A stretch of 64,000 bases of DNA from an uncultured bacterium (GCA_902802585.1 CADCMR010000005.1:23022-87021), one strand, 5' to 3'. Positions 34,648-44,558 are shown, counted from the stretch's first letter. The notes: a model not told the origin generated them from the sequence alone. Program-made: numbers and translations.

Positions 34648-34717
34648 TTGCTGTTTGAAAAACTATTGAATCCGCCTGTCCGCTGCACGGGACGGCGGGG
34701 AAGAAAGGAAAACACTC

Positions 34718-37672
34718 ATGCGCAAATCATTTTGCTGTCTGCTGTTCTTTTTGCTGACTGCCCTGCCGTTCCTCTGCGGAGCCTGGGAGACCAAACAGGC
34801 CGTCGACAAGGACGGGTTCTCCTACGAATACATTCCCGACGATCCGTTCTCCACGCGAGCCTACGTGCTGGAGAACGGTCTGAAGGTCTTCCTCTCGCGC
34901 AACACCATCGAGCCGCGCATCACATCTCTGATCTCCGTGCGCACGGGCGGAGCCGACGACCCGGAAGCATCGACCGGTCTGGCGCACTACTTCGAGCACA
35001 TGATGTTCAAGGGCAACGGCGTGTTGGCGTCGCTGGATTGGGAAAAGGAGGCTCCGCTGCTGGACAAGCTCGCGGAGCTGTTCGACCAGTACCGCAAGGA
35101 GACTGATTCCGACAAGCGCGCCGCCATCTACCGCGAGATCGACAAGGTCTCCGGCGAGGCGGCAAAGTATTCCAATGATGAATATTGGACGCTCGTGCGC
35201 GGCCTCGGCGCGACCGACACCAACGCCTGGACCGGATACGACGAGACCGTCTACATCAACAACATCCCGTCCAACGCGCTCGACAAGTATCTCTACCTCG
35301 AATCCGTCCGGTTCTCCTCCATCGCGCTCCGCAGGTTCCACACCGAGCTCGAAGCCGTCTACGAGGAGTTCAACCGCTCCCAGAACAACGACGGACGCCG
35401 CGCCTCCACAGCGCTCCGCAAGCAGCTCTTCCAGTCGCATCCCTACGGCCGCGACATCCTCGGTCTGCCGGAACACCTGAAGAGTCCGTCCATGAGCGAC
35501 ATCTCGCTCTTCTTCTTCGAGTATTACCAGCCTTCGAACATGGCGGTCATCCTCGCAGGCGACCTCGATTATGAAGACGCCATGCGTTCCATCCGCAAGT
35601 ATTTCGGCGTCTTCCGCACCGACAAGGTCAAGCAGGAGGAAGCCCGCAAGACCCTCGGCGAAAGCGGACGCGTCCGCCGCGAACAGCCCATCGAATCCGT
35701 TCGCACCGCGGAGGTCTTCGGCCCCGACGCCGAAAGCATCCAGATGGCGTTCCGGTTCGAGGCGGACCGCGACACCGAGGTCATGCTGGAGATGATCAAC
35801 AGCATCCTGAACAACAACCTGTGCGGCATCATGGAGCTGAATCTGGAGCTGCCGCGCAAGGTAATGTCCGAATCCAGCGGCGTCCACGCCATGCGCGACT
35901 ACCTGCTGCACGTGTTCGCGGCGGAACCGGCGCAGGGCAAGACGCTTGAGGAGACGCGCGACCTGATCCTCGGCGAACTCGAAAAGCTCAAACGCGGCGA
36001 GTTCCCCGACTGGCTCCCCGGTGCGATCGTGAACAACCAGCGCATGGCGCTTATCACGGTCTCCGAGGACGCCTCCACCGCCGCGCACGTGCTGAACGAT
36101 GCGTTTATCCAGGGGCGTCCGCTGGTTGACCAGCTGAACGACATCGACGCGATGGAAAAGATTACCAAGGAGCAGATCGTCGAGTTCGCGAAGAAGCACT
36201 ACCGCGACAACTACGTGATCGTCTACAAGCGCCAGGGCGAGGCGAAGGACATCGTGAAGGCGGTGAAGCCGCCGATCACGCCCGTGCCCGTCCACGAGGA
36301 ACTTTCCGAGTTCGGACGCAATTTCGAGCTCCTGCCCGTCGAACCCGAAAACGGTCCCGTCTACGCCGATCTCGAAAAAGACCTGCACATCACCCCGATT
36401 GCCGACGGCGTCACCCTCTTTACCTCCAAAAACGACATCAACGAGCGCTTCTCCCTCTCGCTGCAGTTCCCCGTCGGTACGCGCATGGACAAGGAACTCG
36501 CCCTCGCGCTCGGCTGGATCGACGAACTCGGTACTGACAAATACACCGCCGAGGAGCTCCGCCAGGAGTGGTTCAAGCTCGCCGCCCGCATGGGCACGTT
36601 CGTGGAGACCGACCGCTGCGGCTTCACGCTGAGCGGACTCCAGCGCAATTTCAAGGAATCCCTCGCGCTCTTCAACCATGTGATTTCCAACGTGAAGGCG
36701 GACGCGGCTTCGTACAAGACGCTGGTCGATGCCGTCGAGAAGAGCCGCGCCGACCGCCGCACGAACCGGAGTTCGCTGCTTTCCGCCGCGTCCGGATTCG
36801 CGATCTACGGCGGCCCGGAGAACTATTCCGCCGACATTCTGCCGGTGAAGAAAATGCGCGAAATCGACCCGGAAAAGCTGATCGGACGCATCCACGGACT
36901 GCGCGGATTCACGCACGACGTGGTGTACTACGGTCCCGCGGACGACAAGGAAGTCAGGGAGCTGCTGGCGGGCGTCATCGACAAGAATGGCGCGCCCGGC
37001 ACGTTCCCGAAGACGAAGTTCTTCCAGGCGGTCGAACCGGATGAAGATGTGGTCTACGTGGTGGATTACCCCGGCGCGGCGCAGGCGGAGATTGAGGTCG
37101 TCCGCCTCGATGGAAAGTACCAGGACAAGCCATACGCGTTCGAGGACATCTACTCCACGCTCGAATCCCGTACGTTCATGAACGAACTGCGCGAACGCCA
37201 GGCGCTTGCGTATTCGGTCGGAGCAGGATACTCCAACCCCGGACGCGATCCAAACGGCTACTCCATGTCCTACGGCGCGATCGGCACACAGCATGACAAG
37301 TTCTACACCTCGCTCGACGGCGTGATCGGTTTGCTGAACAATCCGGAGACCGGAGCCGCCGCGGCGTTCGAGTCCTCGCGCCAGAACCTGCTGTCCCAGT
37401 ACCGCAACGTCCGCGTGCAGAAGGAAAACTACTACGGCGTCCGCCGCACGATGAAGAAGTTCAACCTGACGGAAGAATCGCGGAAGACCGCCTACGAGGG
37501 GCTGCTCAAGATGAGCATGGAGCAGTATCTTGACGAGGCTAAGAAGCGCGTCGCCGGGAAGAAGAACATCATCCTCATTCTTGCCGACCTGAAGCAGATC
37601 GACCAGGAAGCCCTCAGGAAATACGGCAAGGTCCGCATCCTGAAGACGGACGAACTCTTCCCGAACGACTGA
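34718..37672 (+). CDS. M16 family (pitrilysin/insulinase-like) zinc peptidase, long single-chain form
   Basis: Signal peptide. Inverted zinc motif HYFEHMMFKG (HxxEH). 984 aa with duplicated M16 halves. Confidence 0.9.
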   Translation: MRKSFCCLLFFLLTALPFLCGAWETKQAVDKDGFSYEYIPDDPFSTRAYVLENGLKVFLSRNTIEPRITSLISVRTGGADDPEASTGLAHYFEHMMFKGNGVLASLDWEKEAPLLDKLAELFDQYRKETDSDKRAAIYREIDKVSGEAAKYSNDEYWTLVRGLGATDTNAWTGYDETVYINNIPSNALDKYLYLESVRFSSIALRRFHTELEAVYEEFNRSQNNDGRRASTALRKQLFQSHPYGRDILGLPEHLKSPSMSDISLFFFEYYQPSNMAVILAGDLDYEDAMRSIRKYFGVFRTDKVKQEEARKTLGESGRVRREQPIESVRTAEVFGPDAESIQMAFRFEADRDTEVMLEMINSILNNNLCGIMELNLELPRKVMSESSGVHAMRDYLLHVFAAEPAQGKTLEETRDLILGELEKLKRGEFPDWLPGAIVNNQRMALITVSEDASTAAHVLNDAFIQGRPLVDQLNDIDAMEKITKEQIVEFAKKHYRDNYVIVYKRQGEAKDIVKAVKPPITPVPVHEELSEFGRNFELLPVEPENGPVYADLEKDLHITPIADGVTLFTSKNDINERFSLSLQFPVGTRMDKELALALGWIDELGTDKYTAEELRQEWFKLAARMGTFVETDRCGFTLSGLQRNFKESLALFNHVISNVKADAASYKTLVDAVEKSRADRRTNRSSLLSAASGFAIYGGPENYSADILPVKKMREIDPEKLIGRIHGLRGFTHDVVYYGPADDKEVRELLAGVIDKNGAPGTFPKTKFFQAVEPDEDVVYVVDYPGAAQAEIEVVRLDGKYQDKPYAFEDIYSTLESRTFMNELRERQALAYSVGAGYSNPGRDPNGYSMSYGAIGTQHDKFYTSLDGVIGLLNNPETGAAAAFESSRQNLLSQYRNVRVQKENYYGVRRTMKKFNLTEESRKTAYEGLLKMSMEQYLDEAKKRVAGKKNIILILADLKQIDQEALRKYGKVRILKTDELFPND

Positions 37673-37677
37673 CCTGG

Positions 37678-38298
37678 GTGACGATGAATTCCGCTTTCAA
37701 AGCCGTTGTCCTGCTCGCTGTGGCGGCGCTCCTCTGTGCCGCCACGTTCATCCTTGTGCCCCGGCTGCGGTCCTTTTCCACCGTCTCCGACGGCTATGGA
37801 TCCGTGGAGGGGGAAGAGGCGACGGAAGAGGAAACCGGGGTGGATGTTTCTTCCCCGGCGGGTGCTTCCGATACAGGCTCCTCCCGAACGAAACAGCCAA
37901 GCCGGAACCGTTCATCCGATCCGGTAAGCAACCGGGAGCAATCCAAGTTTGACGTCGGGGAGATGCGGAACGAGGTCGAAGAGATGGTCCGGAAATTCCG
38001 CGGCACGCCCGAGGAACGCCAGGAGGTGATCGAGGAGTGCGAAGGCGGAAAAGAACTGATCCGGCTGTTCGCCGACCTCAGCGAGTCGTCCATCGATAAG
38101 ATGTCGCCCGAGGAGCTGGAAAAGGAACGCGAGAATTTCGAGAAGGAATACCGCGCGCAGCTCGATTTCATCCAGACCGGACAGCTTCAGCGCATGCTCA
38201 AAACGCCCGAGGAAGAGGAAGTCATCGGCAGTACCATCGAAGCGGTGCAGGAGTTCCTGGAACGGATCGACGGCGCGTTGCATTCCGCCGGTTATTGA
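37678..38298 (+). CDS. secreted acidic hypothetical protein
   Basis: Signal-like AVVLLAVAALLCAATF and a Glu-rich helical C-terminal part. GTG start at 37678, alternative ATG at 37684. Confidence 0.55.
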   Translation: MTMNSAFKAVVLLAVAALLCAATFILVPRLRSFSTVSDGYGSVEGEEATEEETGVDVSSPAGASDTGSSRTKQPSRNRSSDPVSNREQSKFDVGEMRNEVEEMVRKFRGTPEERQEVIEECEGGKELIRLFADLSESSIDKMSPEELEKERENFEKEYRAQLDFIQTGQLQRMLKTPEEEEVIGSTIEAVQEFLERIDGALHSAGY

Positions 38299-38328
38299 GT
38301 GTATCCTGTCCTTTGACCAGGCTTTTTT

Positions 38329-38370
38329 GCCGCCTTTCGGGATGAATCGCCGAGGCGGCTTTCTTTTTGT
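38329..38370 (+). terminator. rho-independent terminator
   Basis: GCCGCCT-17 nt loop-AGGCGGC is followed by TTTCTTTTTGT. Confidence 0.6.
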
Positions 38371-38672
38371 TTCGCCCATGAACTCAAGACCGGGATACAC
38401 TGCTGAAACAATCAATCCTTTTGCGGAGAGAATATGTTTCTGTTTCAGAAAGGACATCATTCTCATGATATATGAGTAGATAAATTTCGGGATGGATACT
38501 TCGTTCTTTTCTGTTGCATAATATGTTTATTCTTATCAAGTTAAAAATGTGCTATATGAAACAAAGATAGAACTTGGATGTAAAAATGAAAAGTGTGTTT
38601 TTCCTCTGATTCATGCATGATCCGAATAAAAGAAAAAAACAGACAAAAAGGTCCCAAAATAAAAAAAACAGG

Positions 38673-38700
38673 TTGATTTTTTCTGAGAGCAGTATATATT
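38673..38700 (+). promoter_or_regulatory. sigma70-like promoter (TTGATT-N16-TATATT) for the EPS locus
   Basis: The hexamers were read directly at the end of a ~390-bp AT-rich spacer, 60 nt upstream of the ATG at 38761. Confidence 0.5.
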
Positions 38701-38760
38701 ATATATTAAACACGGCATGTGCCGAAATCAGAAAAACGGTGAACCGGAAGAGAAAAACAC

Positions 38761-39099
38761 ATGGAACTTTCCAACTTTGAAAACGATGGAATTGAAGTCA
38801 TCCAAATCAAAGGACATCTTTCCGCCGAGAATGCGGAAACATTGCGGTCAAAATTTCTTGAGCTGTTTGCTACTCAGCGGAAATTTGTGTTTGATCTGTC
38901 TGAGATGGAGAATCTGGACAGCACCGGGCTCGGAACGCTGGTGTTCTGCCTGAAAAGCTGTACGGAATTCAACGGGACGATGAAGCTGGCGAACTTGACG
39001 CAGCGGGCACGGATGATTTTCGAAATCACGAAAGCCTACCGGATTTTCGATATTTACGACGAACTGGACGAGGCGATCAAGGCCGCCCGCGAGGCGTAA
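38761..39099 (+). CDS. STAS domain protein (anti-sigma-factor antagonist, SpoIIAA/RsbV-like)
   Basis: 112 aa. The LDSTGLGTLV motif carries the conserved phosphorylatable Ser position. Overall STAS pattern. Confidence 0.85.
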   Translation: MELSNFENDGIEVIQIKGHLSAENAETLRSKFLELFATQRKFVFDLSEMENLDSTGLGTLVFCLKSCTEFNGTMKLANLTQRARMIFEITKAYRIFDIYDELDEAIKAAREA

Positions 39100-39153
39100 A
39101 TGCACGGTAAGTCGTATGCCGGAGACGGCGGATAAACAGGCGGAGGCGCGGAA

Positions 39154-39960
39154 ATGGGGCTGGGTTTGAACGGCTCGAAATCAACGGAACGGGAAAAGAT
39201 TAAAGCTCCCGGGAAGGGGTTTCGCATGTTCGGTCCGGATATTTCCCCTGGCATGGACGAACTGCCGTTCCTGTCCGGATCGTTTTCCTCTCATGCCAAA
39301 ACGTATGCGAAGCTCCGTACATGTGCTATCAAGCGCATCCGCGTTCTTTCCGTGGACGGGAGCCCCGTTATCAAGCGATGGCTGGATATTTTCGGCAGTT
39401 TATTCGCGATTGTTCTGTTGCTGCCAGTATTCCTGGTTGTCGCGGTCTGGCTGAAACTTGATTCGCCGGGACCGCTCATATATCGGCAGATTCGCATCGG
39501 GCTGCACGGCCGCCCGTTTTATTTTTACAAATTCCGCTCCATGTACATCGACTCCGATGCTCGGCGGGCGGCGCTGCTGCAGGCGAACGAATCCAAGGAC
39601 GGCGTGATTTTCAAGATGAAAAACGATCCCCGCATCACGAGGTGCGGTCGGTTCATCCGGAAATACAGCATTGATGAATTCCCCCAGTTTTTCAATGTCC
39701 TGCTTGGCGACATGAGCCTGGTCGGGCCGCGTCCGCCTCTTCCGTCCGAGGTGGCTCAGTATTCGCTCGACGACTGGAAGCGGCTTGCCATTCTGCCGGG
39801 CATCACCTGCATCTGGCAGATTTCCGGGCGCAGCGACATCCCGTTCCGGGAACAGGTCGTGCTCGACAAGGAATACATACGGGGGCAGGGCTTCTGGAAG
39901 GACGTGCTGATCCTGTTCAAGACCATTCCGGCGGTCCTTGCCGGGAAAGGGGCGTACTGA
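39154..39960 (+). CDS. phosphoglycosyl transferase (bacterial sugar transferase, WbaP/PglC-type, initiating enzyme)
   Basis: Motifs GPLIYRQIRIG, YKFRSM, SIDEFPQFFNVLLGDMSLVGPRPP and PGITCIWQISGRSD. GGAGG ribosome-binding site 7 nt before the ATG at 39154; later in-frame ATGs at 39226 and 39253 are possible. Confidence 0.88.
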   Translation: MGLGLNGSKSTEREKIKAPGKGFRMFGPDISPGMDELPFLSGSFSSHAKTYAKLRTCAIKRIRVLSVDGSPVIKRWLDIFGSLFAIVLLLPVFLVVAVWLKLDSPGPLIYRQIRIGLHGRPFYFYKFRSMYIDSDARRAALLQANESKDGVIFKMKNDPRITRCGRFIRKYSIDEFPQFFNVLLGDMSLVGPRPPLPSEVAQYSLDDWKRLAILPGITCIWQISGRSDIPFREQVVLDKEYIRGQGFWKDVLILFKTIPAVLAGKGAY

Positions 39961-39961
39961 A

Positions 39962-41380
39962 ATGATGAAAGCGCTGCTTTTCTGCCCTGTCCATGGCAAC
40001 GCCGAACTGAAACGCTATTTCCCCGGCTATCCGGTCTACCTGCTTCCGTTCGCGAACAAACCGGCGATTGAGTTTGAGCTTGATTTCTGTTTCCTGAGCG
40101 GGATACGGGATGTCCTGATCGTGTCAGACGAGGAATCCGAGATCCTGCGCACGCAGTACCGGAGCGGCGAAACGCTCGGGTTGAACATCCGTTGTGAAGG
40201 AACCGGCCCTTCCATTCCACTGAAGCGGATCATCCAGCGGAACAAATCGTTTTTCTGCGGATGCGACCTTCTGGTTTTCTCCGGGCTTTTCCTGCCGGAA
40301 TACGACAAGCGGAATCCGCATGAGCTGAATATCGGCGCGGATGAAGTGAAGGGGTGTTCCTACGGCGGGGCGGCCTGGTACCTGATCGGACGCGACCGGC
40401 TGGACGAGCTCCCGGACGACTGGAGCGGATTCCGCGACGAAGCGCCGGTGAACGGTTTCGCGGTTCCCGGCATCCGCGATTACTACAGGCACAACATGCG
40501 TCTTGCCGGAAGCGACATAGAGAAATACAACCTGCCCGGTTTCAGTGAGGGGAAGAACAGTTTCGTGGGGCGCGACGTGCGGATTCCCGGAACGGCGCGC
40601 GTGAGGCCGCCTGTGATCCTCGGGAACGGGATCCAGTTCGGACGCGGCGTCCATGCCGGACCGAACATCATCGTGGGCGACAACTGCGTGATCGACAACG
40701 GAACGGCGATCAGGAATTCGATCGTCCTGGGCAACACGTATGTCGGCAGGAACCTTGAAATCGAAGGGAAAGTGTGCAGCGGGAACCGCATGGTTGATCC
40801 TGAATCCGGGATCGTGATCAATGTCGTGAACGAATCCGTCCTGTCCGAAATCGAACCGGATGAATACGGCAGGTGTCCGCTGTATCAGCGCGCACTGGCA
40901 TGTCTTCTTCTTTTTCTCCAGACGCTGCCGTATGTTCTGCTCCGGCCGTTCCTGGAACACCACTCCACGCTTGTGGAGTGCATGCTTGAAAACGGGGCGA
41001 GGCGCACGATGTCCTTGAACGCGTATGTGCTGCCCCGGAGGAGTGCCGCGGGAAGGCTGTTCCGCAGGCTGACGCTGAACAAGTATCATCTGCTGCCGTA
41101 TGCGGCGGCGGGGAAGGTGCGCCTTGTCGGGAACTGTCTGCTGGAAGCGAACGAACGGAACGAGGCGTTTGTCGGGAACCTGCCCGGCTATGCTCCCGGC
41201 ATTTTTTCCTACAGCGAATTTCTCGGCCATGAAAATGAGCCGTATCAACTTGAACTCGACGAGCAGTACTATGCGTATGCCATGAACTGCTGGTTCAACA
41301 TCAAAATACTGACGGGGATTCTGCGGCGCAATTTCAGAGCGGAAGGGCGTCCGTTGCAGCAGAGAGGAGTTATGGAATGA
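39962..41380 (+). CDS. three-part fusion: degenerate nucleotidyltransferase-like domain, left-handed beta-helix (hexapeptide) domain, catalytically degenerate sugar-transferase (PGT-like) domain
   Basis: The N-terminus aligns with the NTP_transferase fold (LLPFANKPAIEF...IRDVLIV) but GGxGTRL is replaced by PVHGNAEL. Hexapeptide repeats span VILGNGIQFGRGVHAGPNIIVGDNCVIDNGTAIRNSIVLGNTYVG. The C-terminus aligns with the PGT core (KVRLVGNCLL, PGYAPGIFSY, WFNIKILTGIL) but lacks KFRxM and the Asp-Glu dyad (LNKYHLLP versus SIDEFPQ). Confidence 0.75.
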   Translation: MMKALLFCPVHGNAELKRYFPGYPVYLLPFANKPAIEFELDFCFLSGIRDVLIVSDEESEILRTQYRSGETLGLNIRCEGTGPSIPLKRIIQRNKSFFCGCDLLVFSGLFLPEYDKRNPHELNIGADEVKGCSYGGAAWYLIGRDRLDELPDDWSGFRDEAPVNGFAVPGIRDYYRHNMRLAGSDIEKYNLPGFSEGKNSFVGRDVRIPGTARVRPPVILGNGIQFGRGVHAGPNIIVGDNCVIDNGTAIRNSIVLGNTYVGRNLEIEGKVCSGNRMVDPESGIVINVVNESVLSEIEPDEYGRCPLYQRALACLLLFLQTLPYVLLRPFLEHHSTLVECMLENGARRTMSLNAYVLPRRSAAGRLFRRLTLNKYHLLPYAAAGKVRLVGNCLLEANERNEAFVGNLPGYAPGIFSYSEFLGHENEPYQLELDEQYYAYAMNCWFNIKILTGILRRNFRAEGRPLQQRGVME

Positions 41381-43473
41381 TTTTATCTGATAACGGCACT
41401 ATTGACGTTCCGGTTCCGGCGTCCGCATCCGGGACGGAAGGCATGGGGCAGGATGCGAACTTGCCTGCCATTTTCCGGTTTTTACGTCTGTTCAAACGCG
41501 ACCTCTGGTGCTGGCTCAACGCCTTGCAGAAAATGTGGTGGCTTTTCCTCATTTTCCCGTTCCTTTTCGCCATCGGCCTGTTCATGGTCCGGACGATGAC
41601 GACGACGAACGTGTATGTGGCGAACTGCGGAATGATCCGCCAGTCGATTTCTGACACACACCACGAGGTTCTTCCGCCCGGGTATGTGAACATCCAGAAG
41701 TCCGTCATCATGACGCTGTTCAAGAGCCGTGCCGTGCTGGAGGAGACCGTGAAACGTCTCAGCCTTCCCTACACAGCGGAACAGCTTTTCCGCAACATCG
41801 ACGTCAAATCGGAAAAGAATTCGGACTATTACTATGTGTCCGCATCGTCCAAGGACCCGACGATCGCCGCCACGCTTGCCAATACGCTTGCCGACGTGTT
41901 CATCGAGGAATACAAGAAACTGATCCGGAAGAACCTTGAGGATCTGAACGACAGTTATGTCCGGACCCAGAATGACTTGGAAAAACAGATTGAGGAACAG
42001 GGCGAAAAATTGAAAGACCTGTGCGCCGAGAACAATCTGACGATGATCGAGAGCGATATTGCGTTCAACAATCAGCGGCTGCTCCAGGTCGAAGACCGGT
42101 TGACGCAAGCCGCATCCACCCTGGATTCCGCGAAACAGGCGTTGTATGAACTGCAGGGTGAGCTTGCCAACACGCAGGAAAACGTTGTGACGCACAGGGA
42201 AAAAAGCACTGTCGTGGAGGACAACCTCAGGCAGGAAGAATCCGTATTGGCAAGGTATGAAGAAGTTTATGCGAGGAACAATCCCATCCTGATTCAACAG
42301 CGTGAGGTCGTTAGAAAGTTAAGGGCTGAAGTTGAGAAAAGTCAGCAGGAGGATGAGACGTCGGAGAATGAACTGGACAGGAAAATCATCATTTCCCGAA
42401 ATCCCGCCTATACTCAAATTCTGGTCTCCATTGCCGCAAGGAAAGCCGAGATTTCGTCTTTGACGAACGATATCAAGCTCAACAATGAAATCGCGGTTCA
42501 GCTGCGTGCCAGACGCGAGCTGCTGGCATCGATCCAGCCGGTCATCCGGCAGATGGAGATGGACCTCGCGCAGTACAAGGAACAGCTCAATAAAAACAAG
42601 CTTCAGATTGCCACAATCCGCAACTTCCTGGACCGTTCCTTTTCCGACATATCCATTCAGGAACTGGCGAAGCCCCCGAACAGACCGCTGGGACGCAAAC
42701 GCAGCGTCTGGGGGATCATCGGTTTCATTCTGGGAACGTTCATCTCGCTCTCGATCATTTTCGGGTGCGAACTCTTCAACCTGACGGTTCGTTCCAGCAT
42801 CGATATCGAACAGGCGCTCCAGATCAAGGCGTTGGGGCTGATTCCGGTCCTGGACCAGGCTCACCGTGCCAATTACTACAGCGCCCTTCAGACGATTCTA
42901 AGCAACGGGGAAGAGTATTTCTCCAAGTTGTCGCCGGACCATCCCCTTCTGGTCGTGTTCGCTCCGAACAAGCGCGCTGACCTGGACGGGAAGATCCGGG
43001 AGGAGTTCTGTGAGACTTTGAAGATCCGCCTCGGGTGCAAGTACGTCGTGATTTCGCCGCTGGTCGGGGAAGAGGAAGCTCCGTCGAATCAGACTCCGGT
43101 ATTGATCAACGATTACCTGTATCAGTTCACCGATGAAGCGCCGAAGCCGGACAAGGATCACTGCGTCTACTTCAAACTGGATGACCTTTCATTCATTTCG
43201 CCTCTGACCGGCGACCAGATCCAGCGTATCAAGACGGCATACAAGTCCGTCTCCCTGATCGTGTGGGACCTTTTCGATTTTGAGCTGCACCGCCAGCTGT
43301 TTGCTGAAATCGCCCACAATGCCGACCTGACGATTATTCCGATGAAATATGCGCAGACTTCAAAACTGAGCATCTACAGGATCCTTCAGTTCCTGAAGGC
43401 GTTCCATGTCAACAATGTCGTCGGATTCCTCTACAACATCAACAACAAGCACTACAGCAAGGCGAGTTTATGA
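41377..43473 (+). CDS. polysaccharide co-polymerase (Wzz/GumC/Wzc-like, PCP-2a architecture) with degenerate C-terminal kinase-like domain
   Basis: ATGA overlap with the upstream gene. Two TM helices flank a long coiled-coil periplasmic region. The C-terminal ~230 aa have a MinD/BY-kinase-like layout (LLVVFAP..., SLIVWDLFD, ADLTIIPM..VVGFLYN) but no GxxGxGK[ST] Walker A and no Tyr cluster. Confidence 0.75.
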   Translation: MILSDNGTIDVPVPASASGTEGMGQDANLPAIFRFLRLFKRDLWCWLNALQKMWWLFLIFPFLFAIGLFMVRTMTTTNVYVANCGMIRQSISDTHHEVLPPGYVNIQKSVIMTLFKSRAVLEETVKRLSLPYTAEQLFRNIDVKSEKNSDYYYVSASSKDPTIAATLANTLADVFIEEYKKLIRKNLEDLNDSYVRTQNDLEKQIEEQGEKLKDLCAENNLTMIESDIAFNNQRLLQVEDRLTQAASTLDSAKQALYELQGELANTQENVVTHREKSTVVEDNLRQEESVLARYEEVYARNNPILIQQREVVRKLRAEVEKSQQEDETSENELDRKIIISRNPAYTQILVSIAARKAEISSLTNDIKLNNEIAVQLRARRELLASIQPVIRQMEMDLAQYKEQLNKNKLQIATIRNFLDRSFSDISIQELAKPPNRPLGRKRSVWGIIGFILGTFISLSIIFGCELFNLTVRSSIDIEQALQIKALGLIPVLDQAHRANYYSALQTILSNGEEYFSKLSPDHPLLVVFAPNKRADLDGKIREEFCETLKIRLGCKYVVISPLVGEEEAPSNQTPVLINDYLYQFTDEAPKPDKDHCVYFKLDDLSFISPLTGDQIQRIKTAYKSVSLIVWDLFDFELHRQLFAEIAHNADLTIIPMKYAQTSKLSIYRILQFLKAFHVNNVVGFLYNINNKHYSKASL

Positions 43474-44528
43474 TTTCCAAATTCCATCATCGGTTGGCGC
43501 TTTCCCTTCTGTCCGTTCTTTCTCTTGTCGCAACCTCCTGCAACAATACGCCGTTTGGAGGCATTGCCATTCCCGGAATGACGTCCGTTGTCCCGAGGCA
43601 GGACAAAGATTCCTATTCGATTCAGGAAGAACTGAAAGCTCTTCATGTGGTGAATCCTGTTCCATACGAAATCCGTCCCGGCGACCAGTTCCAGATGTCG
43701 GTGTACAATCAGCCTTCTCTTACAACCGGTATCCTGGTCGCTCCTGACGGAACGGTCAGTCTGCCGCTGGTCGGAATCGTCAAGCTTTCCGGGATGAATT
43801 TGGAGGATGCCACAGAACTGGTCGAAGAGAAACTTTCCAAGTATCTGAAATCTCCGATTGTCACATTGGCTCCCCAGGCTGTGAGCGGTTTCTATTTCAC
43901 GATCGCAGGACGTGTCAATAAGCCCGGCAACTATTCCGTTTCGGTCGGACAGACCCATCTTCTTGATGCGATTTCCCTTGCCTCCGGGTTTGCGACGGGG
44001 CAGTTCCACGGCGATACCGTGGAGCTTGCCGACCTTGACAATGCCTATGTCAAACGGAACGGCAAACAGTTGCCCGTGGATTTCAAGAAGGTGGTTTACG
44101 AAGGGGACGACCTGAACAACATTCCCCTCATGAACGGGGATTACATCTATGTGCCGTCCACCATGAGCGGATATATTATTTTCCTGGGTGAAGTCGGAAG
44201 CAATACCTATGTCGGGTTTACCGAAGGGATGACGCTTCTGCAGGGATTGTCCTATGTGAATGGATTGAAGACGGAAACGTACAGTTCGAATGTCCGCGTC
44301 ATCCGCGGCGGCATGAACAATACGGTCGTCTACACGGTCAACGTTGACAAGATTCTGAATGGAAAAATGAAGGATTTCGCCTTGAATGCGAATGATATCA
44401 TTTATGTCCCGCAGGATGGATTCTCCAAATGGAACACCATGATCCGGAAAATGCTGCCGACCCTTCAGCTTGTCAACCTTCTCGCCGGACCGTTCGGATC
44501 GACCATTCTCGGGTATTTCAGCCTCTGA
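43470..44528 (+). CDS. wza: polysaccharide export outer-membrane lipoprotein (Wza-like; Poly_export plus SLBB domains)
   Basis: ATGA overlap. Lipobox LVATSCNN. Motifs IRPGDQFQMSVY, PDGTVSLPLVG and GRVNKPGNY. Confidence 0.88.
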   Translation: MISKFHHRLALSLLSVLSLVATSCNNTPFGGIAIPGMTSVVPRQDKDSYSIQEELKALHVVNPVPYEIRPGDQFQMSVYNQPSLTTGILVAPDGTVSLPLVGIVKLSGMNLEDATELVEEKLSKYLKSPIVTLAPQAVSGFYFTIAGRVNKPGNYSVSVGQTHLLDAISLASGFATGQFHGDTVELADLDNAYVKRNGKQLPVDFKKVVYEGDDLNNIPLMNGDYIYVPSTMSGYIIFLGEVGSNTYVGFTEGMTLLQGLSYVNGLKTETYSSNVRVIRGGMNNTVVYTVNVDKILNGKMKDFALNANDIIYVPQDGFSKWNTMIRKMLPTLQLVNLLAGPFGSTILGYFSL

Positions 44529-44558
44529 CGCATTCTCTCCCCCGGAACTGGTGCGGAT

